Assembly: GCA_964016885.1 (NCBI GenBank)
Contig: OZ024747.1
Span: 37,262,001-37,326,000, forward strand
Direction of reading: 5' to 3'
From: Eledone cirrhosa
Taxonomy: Eukaryota
Length of the DNA: 64,000 nt
Shown here: in pieces, positions 30,975 to 45,309 of the stretch
How positions within the stretch are numbered: the stretch's first letter is position 1
Layout: each line of letters opens with the position of its first letter
The notes under the pieces: model-generated
What the model was told of the DNA's origin: nothing
Database searches by the model: none
What the model saw: the letters and a program-made list of their open reading frames with translations, nothing else
Translations under genes and position numbers: made by a program

Positions 30975-32435
30975 CTATCATCATCATCGTTTTACGTCCG
31001 TTCTTCCACGCTAGCATGAGTTAGATGGGTTGTCCTGTTGTGGGCAGTGTCCAGTCGGCTCACCCTGCCTTACTCATACAGGAACTGATTCTGGTGTGAT
31101 TTCTACACTCGATGCCCTTCCTAACACCAACCTCATTTACAGTGAGTGCTGGGTGCTTTTTTTCGTGGCACCTATACGTCCACTTTACAGTGTGGGCTGG
31201 GTGCTTTTTTGACGTGGCACCTCCACAAACCACTTTGCAGTGGGAGGGTGTGGGGGTATATCGTCTATATGCTTCAGCTTCGGCTTGTTCCTGTGGTGGG
31301 GTCGGGTCTTCTGTATTACTGCGTGATGCCAGAGGTCACGGTCATGTGTCATTGCTCTTGAGAGGTGCAATTGGGTAAAGTCGGCCTTTATCACCTCATC
31401 CCAGGTCTTCTTGGGTCTCCCCACTTTGCGGCTTCCATCGACTTCTAGTGCTCTGCACCTTTTTATGCAGCTGTCATCCTTCATACACATCACATGTCCA
31501 TACCAACGTAACCACCTCTCCTGCACACAGCATTTGATTTCTCTTATGCTCAGTCTCTCTCGCAATTCATTTAAACTTTGCCGTTCATGTATATTATTAT
31601 TACACATCCATCAGAGCATGCAAGCTTCGTTTCTTTCTAATCTATGCAAGTCTTCTAAACACAGCAGCCACGTCTCACTACCATGTAACATTGCTGTTCG
31701 TATACACCCATCATTCAGCCTGCCTTTCATTTTGAGCGAATGCCTTTTGCAGCTAGTAGTGGCAGTAGCTCCCTGAACTTCTTCCATCCCATTCTTACCC
31801 TAGTTATTGTACTTTCCGAACACCTACTTCTGCTCCTAATTCAGTCACCTAGGTAGCAGAAGCTGTCTACTGTTTCTACAGAGCCCTCCCAGAGTATGGT
31901 GGTACTTGTTTCCTGTGGTCATTTGCTGCTTGCTGTCCCAGAACAGCTGCTACATATGAAGCCTACATTCTTAGTTAAACATCTTGAGATCCCACTACAT
32001 CTCTTGTGTACCCATTGTTTGCATATGGGGCAGAGGATGGAATTCCTACCTACACCTTTCCTACATACTGAGCAAGGCCATTTCCCTGAGGGGGTCTGGG
32101 TTCTGTTTTCTCGTCTACTTACAAGAACCTTAGTCTTTGTCAGGTTGACTTTGAGACCCTTTCTTTCTAGTCCCTGCTTCCATGTTTGGAATTTCTTCTC
32201 TAGTTCCACCATGGATTCAGCTATAAGTGCGAGATCATCCGCATACAGGAGTTACCATGGGCATCCGGTCTTAAACTCCTCTGTTATTGCCTGCAAAACT
32301 ATAATGAACAGGAGAGTGCTAAGAACAGAGCTCTAGTGGACACCGACCTGTATGCTAAATTCCTCGCTATATTCATTGGTAACTAACTTTGCTGACTGCT
32401 CCCCTATACATGGCTTGTACAGCTTTCACAAGTCA
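30975..32435 (-). mobile_element. 5'-truncated RTE LINE with PHD-like finger and (GAT)n tail
   Basis: YADDL, GLKVNLTKTK, WPCSVCRKGVGRNSILC..C..WVHKRC, LRWYGHV, GRPKKTW. Confidence 0.88.
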
Positions 32436-32619
32436 TACTATATGAATTATATATATATACATATAAGTGTGATGGATAGATAAACAGAAATAGCTATTCT
32501 TTTATAATAAATATGGATCTGTTTTACTCAATAGAATGACAAAAAAATCAATCACTTCAATATTCACCAATGAGCTACAGACATTACCTTCAGGGTAAAA
32601 ATAAATAGGAGTTATGATG

Positions 32620-32750
32620 CAAGGATTTACTAAATATGTCACATGTGTATTAGTAGTTATAACAGGGGATTTACTAAATATGTCACTGTGTATTAGTAGT
32701 TATAACACAGGGGATTTACTAAATATGTTACTTGTGTATTAGTAGTTATG
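32620..32750. repeat. About 45-bp tandem repeat, 3 units
   Basis: ggatttactaaatatgtcac..gtgtattagtagttat repeated three times. Confidence 0.85.
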
Positions 32751-33326
32751 ATACAAGTATATAAAGATAACATGCTAAATATGTAACCTGTATATGTCAG
32801 ACAAACAAGGGATTTTCTATGTGTTTGCTAAGTCTGCCAGAAATAGCAACCACATTGATATCGAATTACATTCTACCATATTGAAAAAAGGAAATATATA
32901 TATACTGGATTATGTAGTCCTTGATACACAATCGATCAGAGAGAGATGAGCTGGCCACAGCCAGAAAACTTCGATACCAAGTTACTTTAATTAAGGTTGC
33001 CCTACTGCAAAATAACAACAATGACTGGTATAAGATGGGTGTAGAAATTAAAATCAAGACTAATGTTAATTAGACAGTAGCTTGCCATCAATTTTCTAGT
33101 ACTGGCTGTAATACTTAGGCATTTATAATTTAGTTAATTATTCATCAATTCTGAGAAATAATTGTGCTCGTCTGTATTAATTGTCGGAATAAACCCAAAT
33201 CAGGATTTCTGCTTAATGAATAAGTATTGACAAGTATTAATTTTACAATTCTCTACAAAATAACTACACTACCCAACACTTCATGCATACATCATGCATA
33301 CATATATATACACAAGTATGTATAAT

Positions 33327-33509
33327 TGTTTCTACTTTAGGCACAAGGCCAGCAATTACCCAGTACATTACTGGTACTTTATTTTATCGACCCCGTAAGG
33401 ATGAAAGGCAAAGTTAACCTCGGCGGGATTTGAACTCAGATCATAAAGGGACGTAACTCTATGCTTCAAAGCATGGTGTCTGACCCTCTACCGATACTGC
33501 CAATCCACC
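33327..33509 (-). mobile_element. Full-length tRNA-derived SINE
   Basis: 19-bp TSD ATACACAAGTATGTATAAT at 33308-33326 and 33510-33528. Confidence 0.9.
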
Positions 33510-33683
33510 ATACACAAGTATGTATAATGTATATATATTATATTATTTATTCAAGCTCGATTATAATCATCACCCCAGATTGTAAGAGCAATCAAATTTG
33601 GGATGAGTTTGAAGATACCATTAAAAACTATAATGTGTTAAATGTTACTTTATGAAAAAATGTTGATATTGATATATTGTTAA

Positions 33684-33903
33684 CCCTTTAGCAAACACAT
33701 TATTCTATATATACTATTATATTTTCATGGTAAAGGCTTTACCTCGCATAATTATCTCACATAATATCGAATCTATGAGATTTTGAAAGTATTTATTTTG
33801 AGAACAATACCTTAACATCAGTATGAGTGGCCAGTTACAGCCAGTTTCAACAGAAAGAGGTAGAGAATTCTGGCCGGTTTTGGCCGGTTTGAACATTAAA
33901 GGG
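33684..33903. mobile_element. piggyBac-like MITE
   Basis: TTAA-CCCTTTAG...TAAAGGG-TTAA. Confidence 0.75.
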
Positions 33904-34199
33904 TTAATGTAGTAAAACAAAGGGAAATATCTCTCATACCAGATTGAACACTTTTCTTTTTTCACATCTACCAACGTTTTACTATATATATATATATATC
34001 GTATTAGACCCTTCTAGAATCTAATCTTTTCTTTCTCGGAAATTTGTTCTGTCCATCTTAAAATTACCCATTTCACTCCCATCCACCCCCACTCACCACC
34101 ATTGTTATTTGGTCCAATCAAAACTCACCGGTTTATAGTAAGGTTTCTAACATAAATCTCTATTGCAAAGCCACCGCCACGGCTAATATTCCTTAAGTT

Positions 34200-37100
34200 T
34201 AGACCTGGTTGTTCTTCGGTATGCTAAATGGACTACTGAGTTGGAGAGTCTGAGCATTCAATGACAATGTCAAAGATAAAGATAAATTCACCTCTCGCTG
34301 CCGGATAAGAATGCAAGCACTCCCCTCTATTTCAGACATGGAAGACCAACATAATTCCGTCACCCACACCCCTCCTTCCACCCACCCAGGGAAACTTCAG
34401 ATTTGATACCATGAATGTAGGCACATTGAAAGGTCGCTCAAATGAGGTTGTAGAGATGCTTGAATGTAAGGAAGTTGATGTTTGTTGTGTTCAAGAGACT
34501 AAGTGGAGGGGTGGGTCTGCTAGATTCATTGTGGGTAAAAACGATGCTATAAACATTTCTGGATGGGAAATGACAATGGGCTGGGTGGAGTAGGAATTAT
34601 GTTAGCAGAAAAATGGGTAGATAAGGTAATTGCCGTAAATAGAGTGAATGACAGAATAATTAAAATAAGACTAGTTCTAAATAGAACTTCTATGACAATA
34701 ATATCTGCCTATGCACCCCAATCTGGACTACCTGACCTTATAAAAGACAAGTTCTATGAGTCGCTAATGCTCACTACCTCCCAAATAACCGACGGTGACT
34801 GCATAATTATTGCTGACGACTTTAAATGTTGTGTTGGACAACATTGTGATGGCTATGACGGAATCCATGGAGGCTATGGGTTTGATACTAGAAATGAGGA
34901 AGGCCTTAGGATCCTGGAATTCTGTGTTGCTAATAACCTAACTATCTGTAACACAAACTTCAAAAAACGAGACAATCACTTGATCACCTATAGATCAGGG
35001 GAACACGGCAGCCAGAAGACGTGACAGAGTGTCTGTTGTAAACAATAAGTCTCTCCCTCGTGAAGAATGCACCTCTCAACATAACCTAATAGTTAGTGAC
35101 CTCATAGTCAGGACTAGACATACTTGACGACAGAGGACTACCTTGTGGAGTATAATATGGAAGATGAAGGAACCCACAGCCAGCAACAAATTTAAAAGCA
35201 TATTACTTGATGTTTTTGACAGTAAGGAAAAGCAATTAGAGACGTACAATATAGTGGAACAGTGGGAATTCTAGAAAGTTAACTTGTTGAAGGTGATAGT
35301 TGAAATCTGTGGCTGGAGCAGACCTTTAAGCAGGAAAGTACCTTGGTGGTGGAACACTAAGGTGGAGGAGACAATCAAGGCCAAAAAGCAGGCTTGGAAA
35401 GAATGGCGGGATGGGGAAGTAGAGAACACTATCAGGTGGCTAGGAGGAAAACTAGGCAACAAGTGTACATTGCAAGAAGGGAAGCAGAGGATAAAAAGTT
35501 CAAGCATGTTCTACAATGTGAAGACTAAAAACGTGAGGTGTTCAGGATCGCAAGACAATGTGTCAAGTAAAACTGTGATATTGTTGGGGAGAAGTATGTT
35601 CGTAATGATGATGGTGTACTTGCCCTCACTGATACTGATAAGAAGCGTCACTACAAGAAATTACTAAATGAGGAGAATAAATGGGAAAAAGATAGTCTGC
35701 CCCAAATCGATCCAATAGAGGGACCAGCTATGCAAGTTAAAGGTAGTATAACAATTAAAGCAATCAAAGATATGAAGACAGGCAACGCAGCTGTGCCTTC
35801 AGAGATAGTTACTTAGATGTTGAAAGCATCTGGAATGGTGGAACATACTATGGTCACTCAGATAGTAAACCAAGTAATACAGAATGGGGTCTTACAAAAA
35901 GACTGCTGTAGCAGCATCATCATTAACTGCTACAAGGGGAAAGGAGATACTCCAGATAGAGGACACTATAGAGGCATTAAGTTAGTTTACCAGGTCATGA
36001 AGGTCATAGAAAGAGTTATTGCACAACTAATTAGATGACGAATTGATCTAGATGAAGTGCAGTTTGGGCTTGTGCTAGGTAAAAGTACCATGGATGCTCT
36101 TTTCCTTGTATGGCAACTACAAGAGAAGTACCTAGCTAAAAGTAAACTCCTCTACTTAGCTTTTGTTGACTTGGAGAAAGCCTTTGACAGAGTCCCTTGC
36201 GCTATTATCTGGTGGGACCTTAGAAAACTAGGAGTAGATGAATGGCCTGTGAGAGCTCTACAAGCCATGTATAGAGAAAAAGTCAGCAAGGTTAGAATTA
36301 ACAATGGATATAGTGAATAAGTAGGTGTTCATCAAGGCTCCGTCCTTAGCCCCCTCCTGTTTATTATTGTCCTTCAGGCTATAACAGAGGAGGTTAAGAC
36401 TGGCTGCCCATGGGAACTTCTATATGCAAATGATCTAACTCTCATAGCTAAATCTATGGCTGAACTAAAGAAGAAATTCCAAACATGGAAGCATGGCCTA
36501 GAATCAAAAGTTAACTTGTCAAAGACAAAAGTTCTAGTATGTAGAAAGGAAAATAAGGCATAGGTGCCCTCTGGGAAATGACCATGCTCAGTGTATAGCA
36601 AAAGAGTAGGTAGAAATTCCATTTTATGTCCCATATACAAATAATAGGTACATCAAAGTGCCCACAGGATACTAGCTCCTTCTACTGCCCAGATGGTTCT
36701 TTAGAAATAGTGGACATTTTCTGTTACCTGGGTGACAAAATCAGCAATAGTGGAGGGTGCTCTGAAAGTGCAGTAGCCAGATTTTGAATGGGATAGAAAA
36801 ATTTCAGAGAACTAATACCACTGTTGGCCATAAAATGTTTCTCTCTAAAAATGAAAGGCAGATTGTATGATGCTTGCATACGAACAACAATGCTACATGG
36901 CAGTGAGACATGGGCAATGTGTGCAGAGGACCTGCGCAGATTGGAAAGGAATGAAGCATGCATGCTCCATTGGATGTGTAATAGTAATATACATGAACGG
37001 CCAAACATAAACAAACTAAGTGAGAAATTAGGAATAAGAAGGATCAGATGCTGTTTATTTGAGAGAAGATTACGTCGGTATGGTCACATGATGTGCATGA

Positions 37101-37677
37101 AAGACAACAGCTATATACAAAAGTACAGGGTGATCAAAACTGATGCTAGTTACAGAGTAGGTAGACCCAGAAAAACCTGGGACGACATGATAAAATCCGA
37201 CCTTGCACACACCTCTCTAAGAGAATGTGACTGGATCAAGATCTTTAGTGCCACACAGTAATACAGAAGACCCACTATGTACAAAGTTAACCTACAGTCA
37301 GTAGGCACCTCTTAACCAAATATGCACCCCAACCCACTACCCCTACTCCATCCTCCCACCAACACCACCCTTTCTCTGTAAAGTTATGTTGGTACCACAA
37401 CATCCAGTCCAAACTAAAGAAGTCATGTAGGCATCATGACAAAAAAAAACACCCAGTCCATGCCATAAAGTTGTCATGTAGGAGACACGGTAAAAAGGCT
37501 CCCAGTCCACACTGTAAACGTGGTTGGTGTTAGAAAGGGCATCCAGCCATAGAAAACCTGCCAGACAGTCCTATACGAGTGAGACATGGTCACCTGATCA
37601 ATCTTGCCTCAAGTGGGACAATTCTCGTCTAACCTATGCTAGCATGGAAGATAGATGTTAAACGATGATGATGATGA

Positions 37678-37680
<3 letters not shown>
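34200..37680 (+). mobile_element. Near full-length decayed RTE LINE (APE, RT, PHD-like finger, 3' UTR, (GAT)n tail)
   Basis: MNVGTL, CVQETKW, SAYAPQ, QFGLV.GKST.DA, FVDLEKAFDRVP, GVHQGSVLSP, YANDL, GRPRKTW; stops and frameshifts. Confidence 0.92.
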
Positions 37681-37722
<42 letters not shown>

Positions 37723-37959
37723 AAAAATTAAAACATCAGGTGTTTCTTTACAAATCATGTGCTATAGGGAAAATAGAGTTTGAAAAATGCAATGACTGAC
37801 CTTTTGGTTATTTATAAGGTTTCTGCTAATTTGATGATTATATATAAATAATCAGCAAATTTCTTGGCTCTTTAATACAGGAACCTTCTAAACAACCAAA
37901 AGATAAGTAATTGCATTTTTGAAACCCTAATTTTCCCATATAACACCAACAAACCAACA

Positions 37960-39015
37960 CTGACTGCATAGAGACAGACCAGCATCAACAACATGTCACT
38001 GCCACGATGATTGATAGGTGCAATCGCAACAGACGAGAGGACAGCCCACTGGGAAACGAATGCCTCAATAAGATCATTATCTACCAGTGTGATGTCCTGA
38101 CTAATGAGAACAAGTACACATACATCAGTGCCACCTCAACAACATTGAAGGAGTGGTTATACAATCATAGAAGCTCCTTCAACAACAGATCCAAGTGCTC
38201 CCACACATGACTGACCAACCTGATCTGGGACGTCATGGATAAAAACAAAGCATCAGATCAGGTGGTCCATATGGAGATGAGTGGCCTGTCACGTGATCGG
38301 AAAGAACCACTGCAGCTTGTGTTGGGGGGAATCGGCAAAAATCATTAAGTTAAAAACAGTAAAACATTCCGTCATTAACGAAACGGGAGTCTGATGAGCT
38401 TTTGACTCCAGAGTCAGCCCCGATCGATAAAGATCGAACTTTGATCTGATCAATCATGAAATGCGCATCACACCTGAATAAATGTAATGAAAATTTGACA
38501 CCTCATTAATACTTATAATTATTATTATTAACAACGTATATACTTCAACATTGTTTTCAAAATAAACCACATTGGACATTGTCTCTTTCTCTACGAACTC
38601 ATCCCTAACCCCCACCATTCTCTCCCTTTTCTCTCACTCATCGATTTCGGTGTTTACGAAGCTAGGTCACCATGTTTGAAATTCTCGCACATTCACCATG
38701 CCTAATATGCCCACTTGCATCGGCTTATTTCCCCCGAATCTTCTGTGATGATATACGGCATGAAGGCTATCTATCTCACAATTTCCCTCCTGCCCACCCC
38801 CACTCACCACCATAGGCTTTTTGACCAATCAAACCTCAGCAACATGTCTTCACCCATTTCCATCCCCAACAAACTCTGCCATTACTACTACTACTACTAC
38901 TGTCCTTCTAGCCATTACCAACCCCAACAAACTCTGCTATTGCTACTACTGTCCTAGCCCTACACCAAACAATTCTTGATTACCGTCATCTATGGATGAG
39001 CTGAGGATAAATGGA
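37960..39015 (+). mobile_element. Decayed Penelope-like GIY-YIG fragment
   Basis: CNR...SPLGNECL..IIYQC..YTYIS.T..LKEWLYNHRSSF. Residual gaugagCUGAGGA at about 38995-39007. Confidence 0.7.
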
Positions 39016-39019
39016 ACAA

Positions 39020-39710
39020 TGATCATCACCGTTTTACGTTCGTTCTTCCCCGCTAGCATGGGTTAGACAGGTTGTCCTGTTGTGGGCAGTGTCTGGTCGG
39101 CTGACCATGCCTTGCTCATACAGGAACTGATTTGGCTTGATTTCTACAGCTGGATGCCCTTCCTAACACCAACCTCATTTACAGTGAGTGCTGGGTGCTT
39201 TTTCGTGGCGCCTACACGTCCACTTTACAGTGTGGGCTGGGTGCTTTTTGGTCGTGGCACCTCCAAGACCACCTTGCGGTGGGGGTTTTGGGGGCATATT
39301 GTCTATATGCTTCAGCTTGTACCCATGGGAGGTCGGGTACTCTGTATTACTGCGTGATGCCAGAGGTCACGGTCGTGTGTCATTGCCTTTGAGAGGTGTA
39401 ATTGGGTAAGGTCGGCTTTTATCACCTCATCCCAGGTCATCTTGGGTCTCCCCACTCCGCGGTTTCCATCAACTTCTAGTGCTCTGCACCTTTTTATGCA
39501 GCTGTCATCCTTCATACGCATCACATGTCCATACCAGCGCAACCACCTCTCCTGCACACAGCATTTGATTCCTCTTATGCTCAGTCTCTCTCTCAATTCA
39601 TTTATGCTTTGTCATTCACGTATATTAGTTACACATCCATCGGAGCATGCAGGCTTCGTTTCGCTCTAATCTACGTAAGTCTTCCACCTTCAGCGCCCAG
39701 GTCTCACTAC
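39020..39710 (-). mobile_element. RTE LINE 3' fragment
   Basis: LRWYGHVMRM...GRPKMTW and the same 3' UTR as the 31-kb copy. Confidence 0.85.
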
Positions 39711-39794
39711 CAATCCCGAATAAATAAATGAATATGAATCCGTGAGTTACCAAGCACCTATGCGAAGCTTTAATTCAGAGACAAAAAGCATACA

Positions 39795-42700
39795 CATCAT
39801 CATCATCATCATCACTGTTTTATGTCCATTCTTCCACGCTAGCATGGGTTAGATGGGTTGTCCTGTTGTGGGAAGTAGCCAGTCGGCTCACAATGCCCTG
39901 CTCATACGAGAACTGATTCTGGCTTGATTTCTACAGTTGGATGCCCTTCCTAACACCAACCACATTTACAGTGTGGGCTGGGTGGTTTTTTTTGCCGTGG
40001 CACCTCCACGACCACTTTGCAGTGGGAGGGGGTGGGAGAATATTGTCTATATGCTTCAGCTTCAGCTTGTACCCGTGGGAAGTCAGGTCTTCTGCATTAC
40101 TGTGTGACGCCAAAGATCATGTTCGTCTGTCATCGCCTTTGAGAGGTGGATTTGGGTAAGGTCGGCTTTTATCACCTCATTCCAGGTCTTCTTTGGTCTC
40201 TCCACTCCGTGGTTTCCATCAACTTCTAGTGCTCTGCACCTTTTTATGCAGTTGTCATCCTTCATACGCATCATATGTCTATACCAACGCAAGCACCTCT
40301 CCTGCACACTTGATTCCTCATATGCTCATTCTCTCTCTCATTTCGGTTATGCTTTACTGTTCGCGTATATTACTATTACACATCCATCGGAGCATGCAGG
40401 CTTCGTTTCTTTCTAATCTATGTATGTCTTCTACAGACAGCACCCAGGTCTCACTACCATGTAACATTGATGTTCGTATGCACGCATCATACAGTCTGCC
40501 TTTCATTTTGATGGAAAAGCCTTTTGCAGCTAGCAGTGGCAGTAGCTCCCTGAACTTCTTCCATCCCGTTCTTACCCTAGTTATTGTACTTTCCGAACAT
40601 CCACCCCCGCTGCTAATTTGGTCACCTAGGTAGCAAAAGCTGTCTACTGTTTCTACAGAGCCCTCCCAGAGTTTGGTGGTACTTGTTTCCTGTGGCTGTT
40701 TGCTGCTTGCTGTCCCAGCACAGCTGCTACATGTGAAGCCTACATTCTTAGTTAAGCTTCCTGAGATCCCACTACAACTCTTGTGTACCCATTGTTTGCA
40801 TTTGGGGCAGAGAATGGAGTTGCTACCTACACCTTTCCTACATACTGAGCAAGGCCATTTCCCTGAGGGGATCTGGGTTCTGTTTTCTCATCTACTTACA
40901 AGGACCTTAGTCTTTGTCAGGTTGACTTTGAGACCCTTTCTTTCTAGTCCCCGCTTCCATGTTTGGAATTTCTTTTCTAGTTCTACCATAGATTCAGCTA
41001 TAAGTGCGAGGTCATCTGCATACAGGAGTTCCCATGGGCATCCGGTCTTAAAGGCCCCCGCAAAAATTTACCCTTTCCCACGAGTGATGGCAAATGCCCA
41101 AAACTCTGAGTTTCAACATAAGCAGAATGAAAGGAAGAGCAGGAAAAAATCATAGAGATGTTAGAGCAAAAGGAAATTGATGTATGCTGTGTGCAAGAGA
41201 CTAGATAGAGAGGAGAGTCTGCTAGAGTGCTAGAAGGCAAAAATCAGTGCTATAAATTTTTCTGGGTGAGAAATGACAATGAGATGGGTGGTGTAGGTAT
41301 ACTATTGGCTGACAAATGGGTAGATAAGGTAAGCTCAGTGAACAGAGTGAACGCAAGAATCATTAAACTCAGACTAGTCCTGAATAAAACAATTGCTACA
41401 ATCATATCAGCTTACGAACCCCAATCGGGGTTGCCAGACGAACTTAAAGATATGTTTTACGAGTCCTTAATGCACACCACTGCCCTAACAAACGACAATG
41501 AGTTCCTAATCATTGCAGGGGACTTTAACAGACACATTGAGAAACACTGTGACGGCTTCTATAGGGTCCATGGAGGCTACAAGTTTGGGACAAAAAATGA
41601 AGAAGGCTTCAGCCTTCTAGAATTCTGTGACACCAATGACATGTCGATATGTAACACAAACTTCAAAATACCCAACAACCATCTGATCACCTATAGATCA
41701 GAGTAGCATTCAAGTCAGATAAATTTTATCCTTATCAGAGGACGAGATAGATGGACGGTTGTAAACACAAAAGCCTTCCCTGGTGAGGAATGTACGTCCC
41801 AACATAACTTAGTTGTCAGCGACATCACGGTCAGAACTAGATGAACTTGGAAACAGACGGCAACCTGGAGAAGAAAGATCTGGAAGCTGAAAGACACCTC
41901 AGCCAGTAACAGATTTAAAGATATCTTACTCAATGCCTATTACAGTAAAGAAGAACAGATAGAGACATTCAATGTAGAAGAGCATTGGGAGTTCTTAAAA
42001 AATAACTTACTAACGGGTCAGATGAGATTTGTAGTTGGAGCAAGACCACAGAAAGGAGGAGAGTGACATGGTAGTGGAACAATAAGGTAGATGAGGCAAT
42101 TAAGGCTAAGAGACAAGCATGTAAAGAATGGAAGAATGGGGGAAGCAGGGCACATTACATAGAAACCAGGAGGGAAGCTAGGCGACAAGTATACTTAGCT
42201 AGAAGGGAAGCGGAGGAAAGAAAACTTCAAGCATGTTTTGCAGCGTGAGGACCAGAAACAGGAGGCAGTGTGTTAGAGAAAATTGTGATGTCATTGGAGA
42301 GAAGTGTGTCCAGAATGATAAAGGTGATCTTGCCCTCACAGGTGCTGAGAAGAAAGATGCGTAGAAGCCATTATGAAAGATTACTAAATGAGGAGAATGC
42401 ATGGGAGAAAGAGACTCTACCCCAAGTGGACGCTATAGAGGGGCCAGCAATACAAGTCAGCAGCAGTGTAGTAAGTAAGGCAATTAAAGAAATGAAGACT
42501 GGGAAGGCAACAGGTCCATCAGGTATAGCTGCCGAGATGCTGAAAGCATCCGGATCAGTAGGTCACACCATAACCACACGTATTGTTAACCAGGTAATAC
42601 TAGAGGGTGTCATACCAAAGGATTGGTGCAACAGCATCATTGTCAACTGCTTCGACCATGACCTCCGCATCACGCAGTAATACAGAAGACCTGACCCCTC

Positions 42701-43016
42701 CCACGGGTACAAGCCGAAGTTGAAGCATATAGACAATATGCCCCACCCCTTCCCACTGCAAAGTAGTCATGTAAGTGTCACAACAAAAAAGCACCCAACC
42801 CACACTGTAAAGTGGACGTGTAGGCGCCACGGAAAAAAAGCCCCCAGCACTCACTGTAAATGAGTTTGGTGTTAGGAAGGGCATCCAGCTGTAGAAATCA
42901 GGCCAAAATCAGTTCCCATATGAGCAAGACAAGGTCACCCGACCTGTCACTGCCCACAGCAGGACAACCCGTCCAACCCATGTTAGTGTGGAAGAATGGA
43001 CGTTAAACGGTGATGA

Positions 43017-43020
<4 letters not shown>
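39795..43020. mobile_element. Composite RTE: minus-strand 3' part (39795-41052) fused to a plus-strand APE/RT-start segment and 3' UTR (41053-43020)
   Basis: (CAT)n tail on the left and (GAT)n tail on the right. Strand switch at about 41052. The plus segment jumps from IIVNCF directly to the ORF end at about 42652. Confidence 0.85.
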
Positions 43021-43054
<34 letters not shown>

Positions 43055-45309
43055 AAAGCTTGTATTGAGTTAGAAACTCAAAATAGTCTTTTAGTGAACT
43101 GATCATAAGGTTATTTACTCTAGTAAATGTATGCCAGTCACTAATTTAATAATTTAATAAGTGAAGGAACACAAGAATATGTAAGGAAAGCAGAAGCAAG
43201 ATGTTGAGATGCAGACAGGAAATAATATATATGACAACAACGATAAGTCTTCTCAACAGTATATAAAGATAGTTTTTCTTTATTCGTGTGCTTGTGCGTG
43301 TGTGTTTACAATGGTTAAATGACATACCTGTGACTTGCTTTGTTAATCCTTGTAAGAAGGATTGGAATACATCTGAGCTGAGCCTTATGGTATAGGTCCT
43401 CAGCAGATGTGTTGCAGGTGGCCAAAAGGTGAAAAGAGAGAGAGAGGCATCGGAACGCTCCCTTATATACTGGCCACGGGGAAGTAACTCCAAAATAGTT
43501 TGGTTCCCCGGAGAGATGGCGCTAGTCACTACAGTCTCATTACAGTAAATTAGCTCTAGGAAAAAGGTTTTTCCGAGCCGTATATAACTGAACAAATAGG
43601 AAAACCGAACACAGACATATATATATATGTGTTCAAATCGTAATGGACCAAAATCACAAAGGTGAAAAAAATACTAACTACAGACAATAGGGTTTGCTGG
43701 ACTCAATTTAAGAATAAATTAAGAAAAATAAATACAAACCAGTATTGTGGTAACTACCATCACCCAGGCGGTCTTTGATAGAACTGTTTCGCAATATTAT
43801 TTGTGAAGAGATATACGAAATTACAGGCTCATCATTGTCTGTAGTTAGTATTTCTTTCACCTTAGCGATTTTGGACCATTACGATTTGAACACATATATA
43901 TATATATATATGTCTGTGTTCGTTTTTCCTTTTTCTTCAGTTATATATATATATACCCTTTTGATAAAATCCTCCAACTTATATTTCACCCCATCAAATC
44001 TATGAAATGTAATATTAGAAATCTAAGTATTATAGAGTCTGAGCTGCGAAATTTAACTGGCTAATCTAATACTATATATGATACGTGCACATGTTGCATC
44101 CTTCATCCTTTCGGGGATGCAACAAGTATCTTTGTAAATCAGCTCAAATATCATTTTCCATCTTCCATTTGATAAAGGATTTTAAATCCAAAATATATTG
44201 ATTTTTCTTTCTGTCCATTTTGCATTATAGTGGCATTCTAAAATAATTCCATAATACATCATATAAGCTTCACTGCTCTAATTATGCCTGATACTCTCAT
44301 CAATTTATTCAATATACTGTCACGATAAAATTATTCAATCTGTAAGATTAATTTCCTACAAATTTGCATGAAATATGTTACCATTCTGAACACAACCATG
44401 TACAATACACTATTGAATTTCTTTAGTTTGACTGTTCAATGCACATTTTCTTTCTTAAGAATCTTCTGTGATACTTTTATAGACTGCTTCGCCAGTACAT
44501 TCGTAAATTCTATAATACTTAACATACATTTCTGCACATCACTGTTGCACTTATTCCACAATATTAACCAAAGCTTCCATGTTCTTCTTCGTCTCCTTCT
44601 CTTCTGAGAGGGTCGTGGGGCAGAGTCCTCAAACAATTCCTTCCAGCAGATTCTTTCAGAAGCAACCATCTCTAACTAATCCAGCTGGATCCCCAGGTGA
44701 AACCAGCCAATCTCATAGATGTTATCTTGCTCAGGGTCTACTCCTGGGTCTCCTCTAGTTAGTTTTGCCCATAAAATCTGTCCAGCAATTCTTTCCTGAG
44801 ACATTCTAACCACATGCCCAGAGTACCAGAGCAGTGATCTCTCAATTCAGAGAAGTAGCATCTCTACCGGGAGAGATTCTCTGATCTCTGTAAAGTAATG
44901 TTACTCCAAAGATCGTTTGGAGGAACCCCATCTCGGCCGCTCACATTTGCAATCATATTCTTTCGGTCATTACCCAAGATTTATGACCATCGGTAAGCGT
45001 TGGCACGAATACTAAATATAACCAATATTGCTCTTCCTACTACAATCAATTTGATAACCACAACAATCCTACCAATTTTTTCCCAACATTACACACATGT
45101 GACCTGCCATTATTACTGAAGACACAGATCTCACTGGGACCCTCTCAATTGCAAAACTACAGCTACTAAGCTTTGGCCCAAACTTCAAAATCCAACAAAA
45201 GGTCAAGTGTAACTCTTTTGATACTAAACCACCTAAAACTACCCAAGATTTATAATACAAAACTGTACATTGTAAAATGTTCATCTTTACATTAAAATCT
45301 TTCATCACA

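Noticed and set aside
32866-33057. Possible extra SLC19A exon
   Set aside because: No family similarity, and exon 3 joins the 30802 exon in frame with the expected Q-FLVYGGYF.
33420-33509. tRNA gene
   Set aside because: The A/B boxes belong to a SINE head fused to a core and tail with TSDs; no complete cloverleaf.
38385-38465. CTGATGAG as a hammerhead
   Set aside because: No correctly placed GAAA, stem III or stem I.
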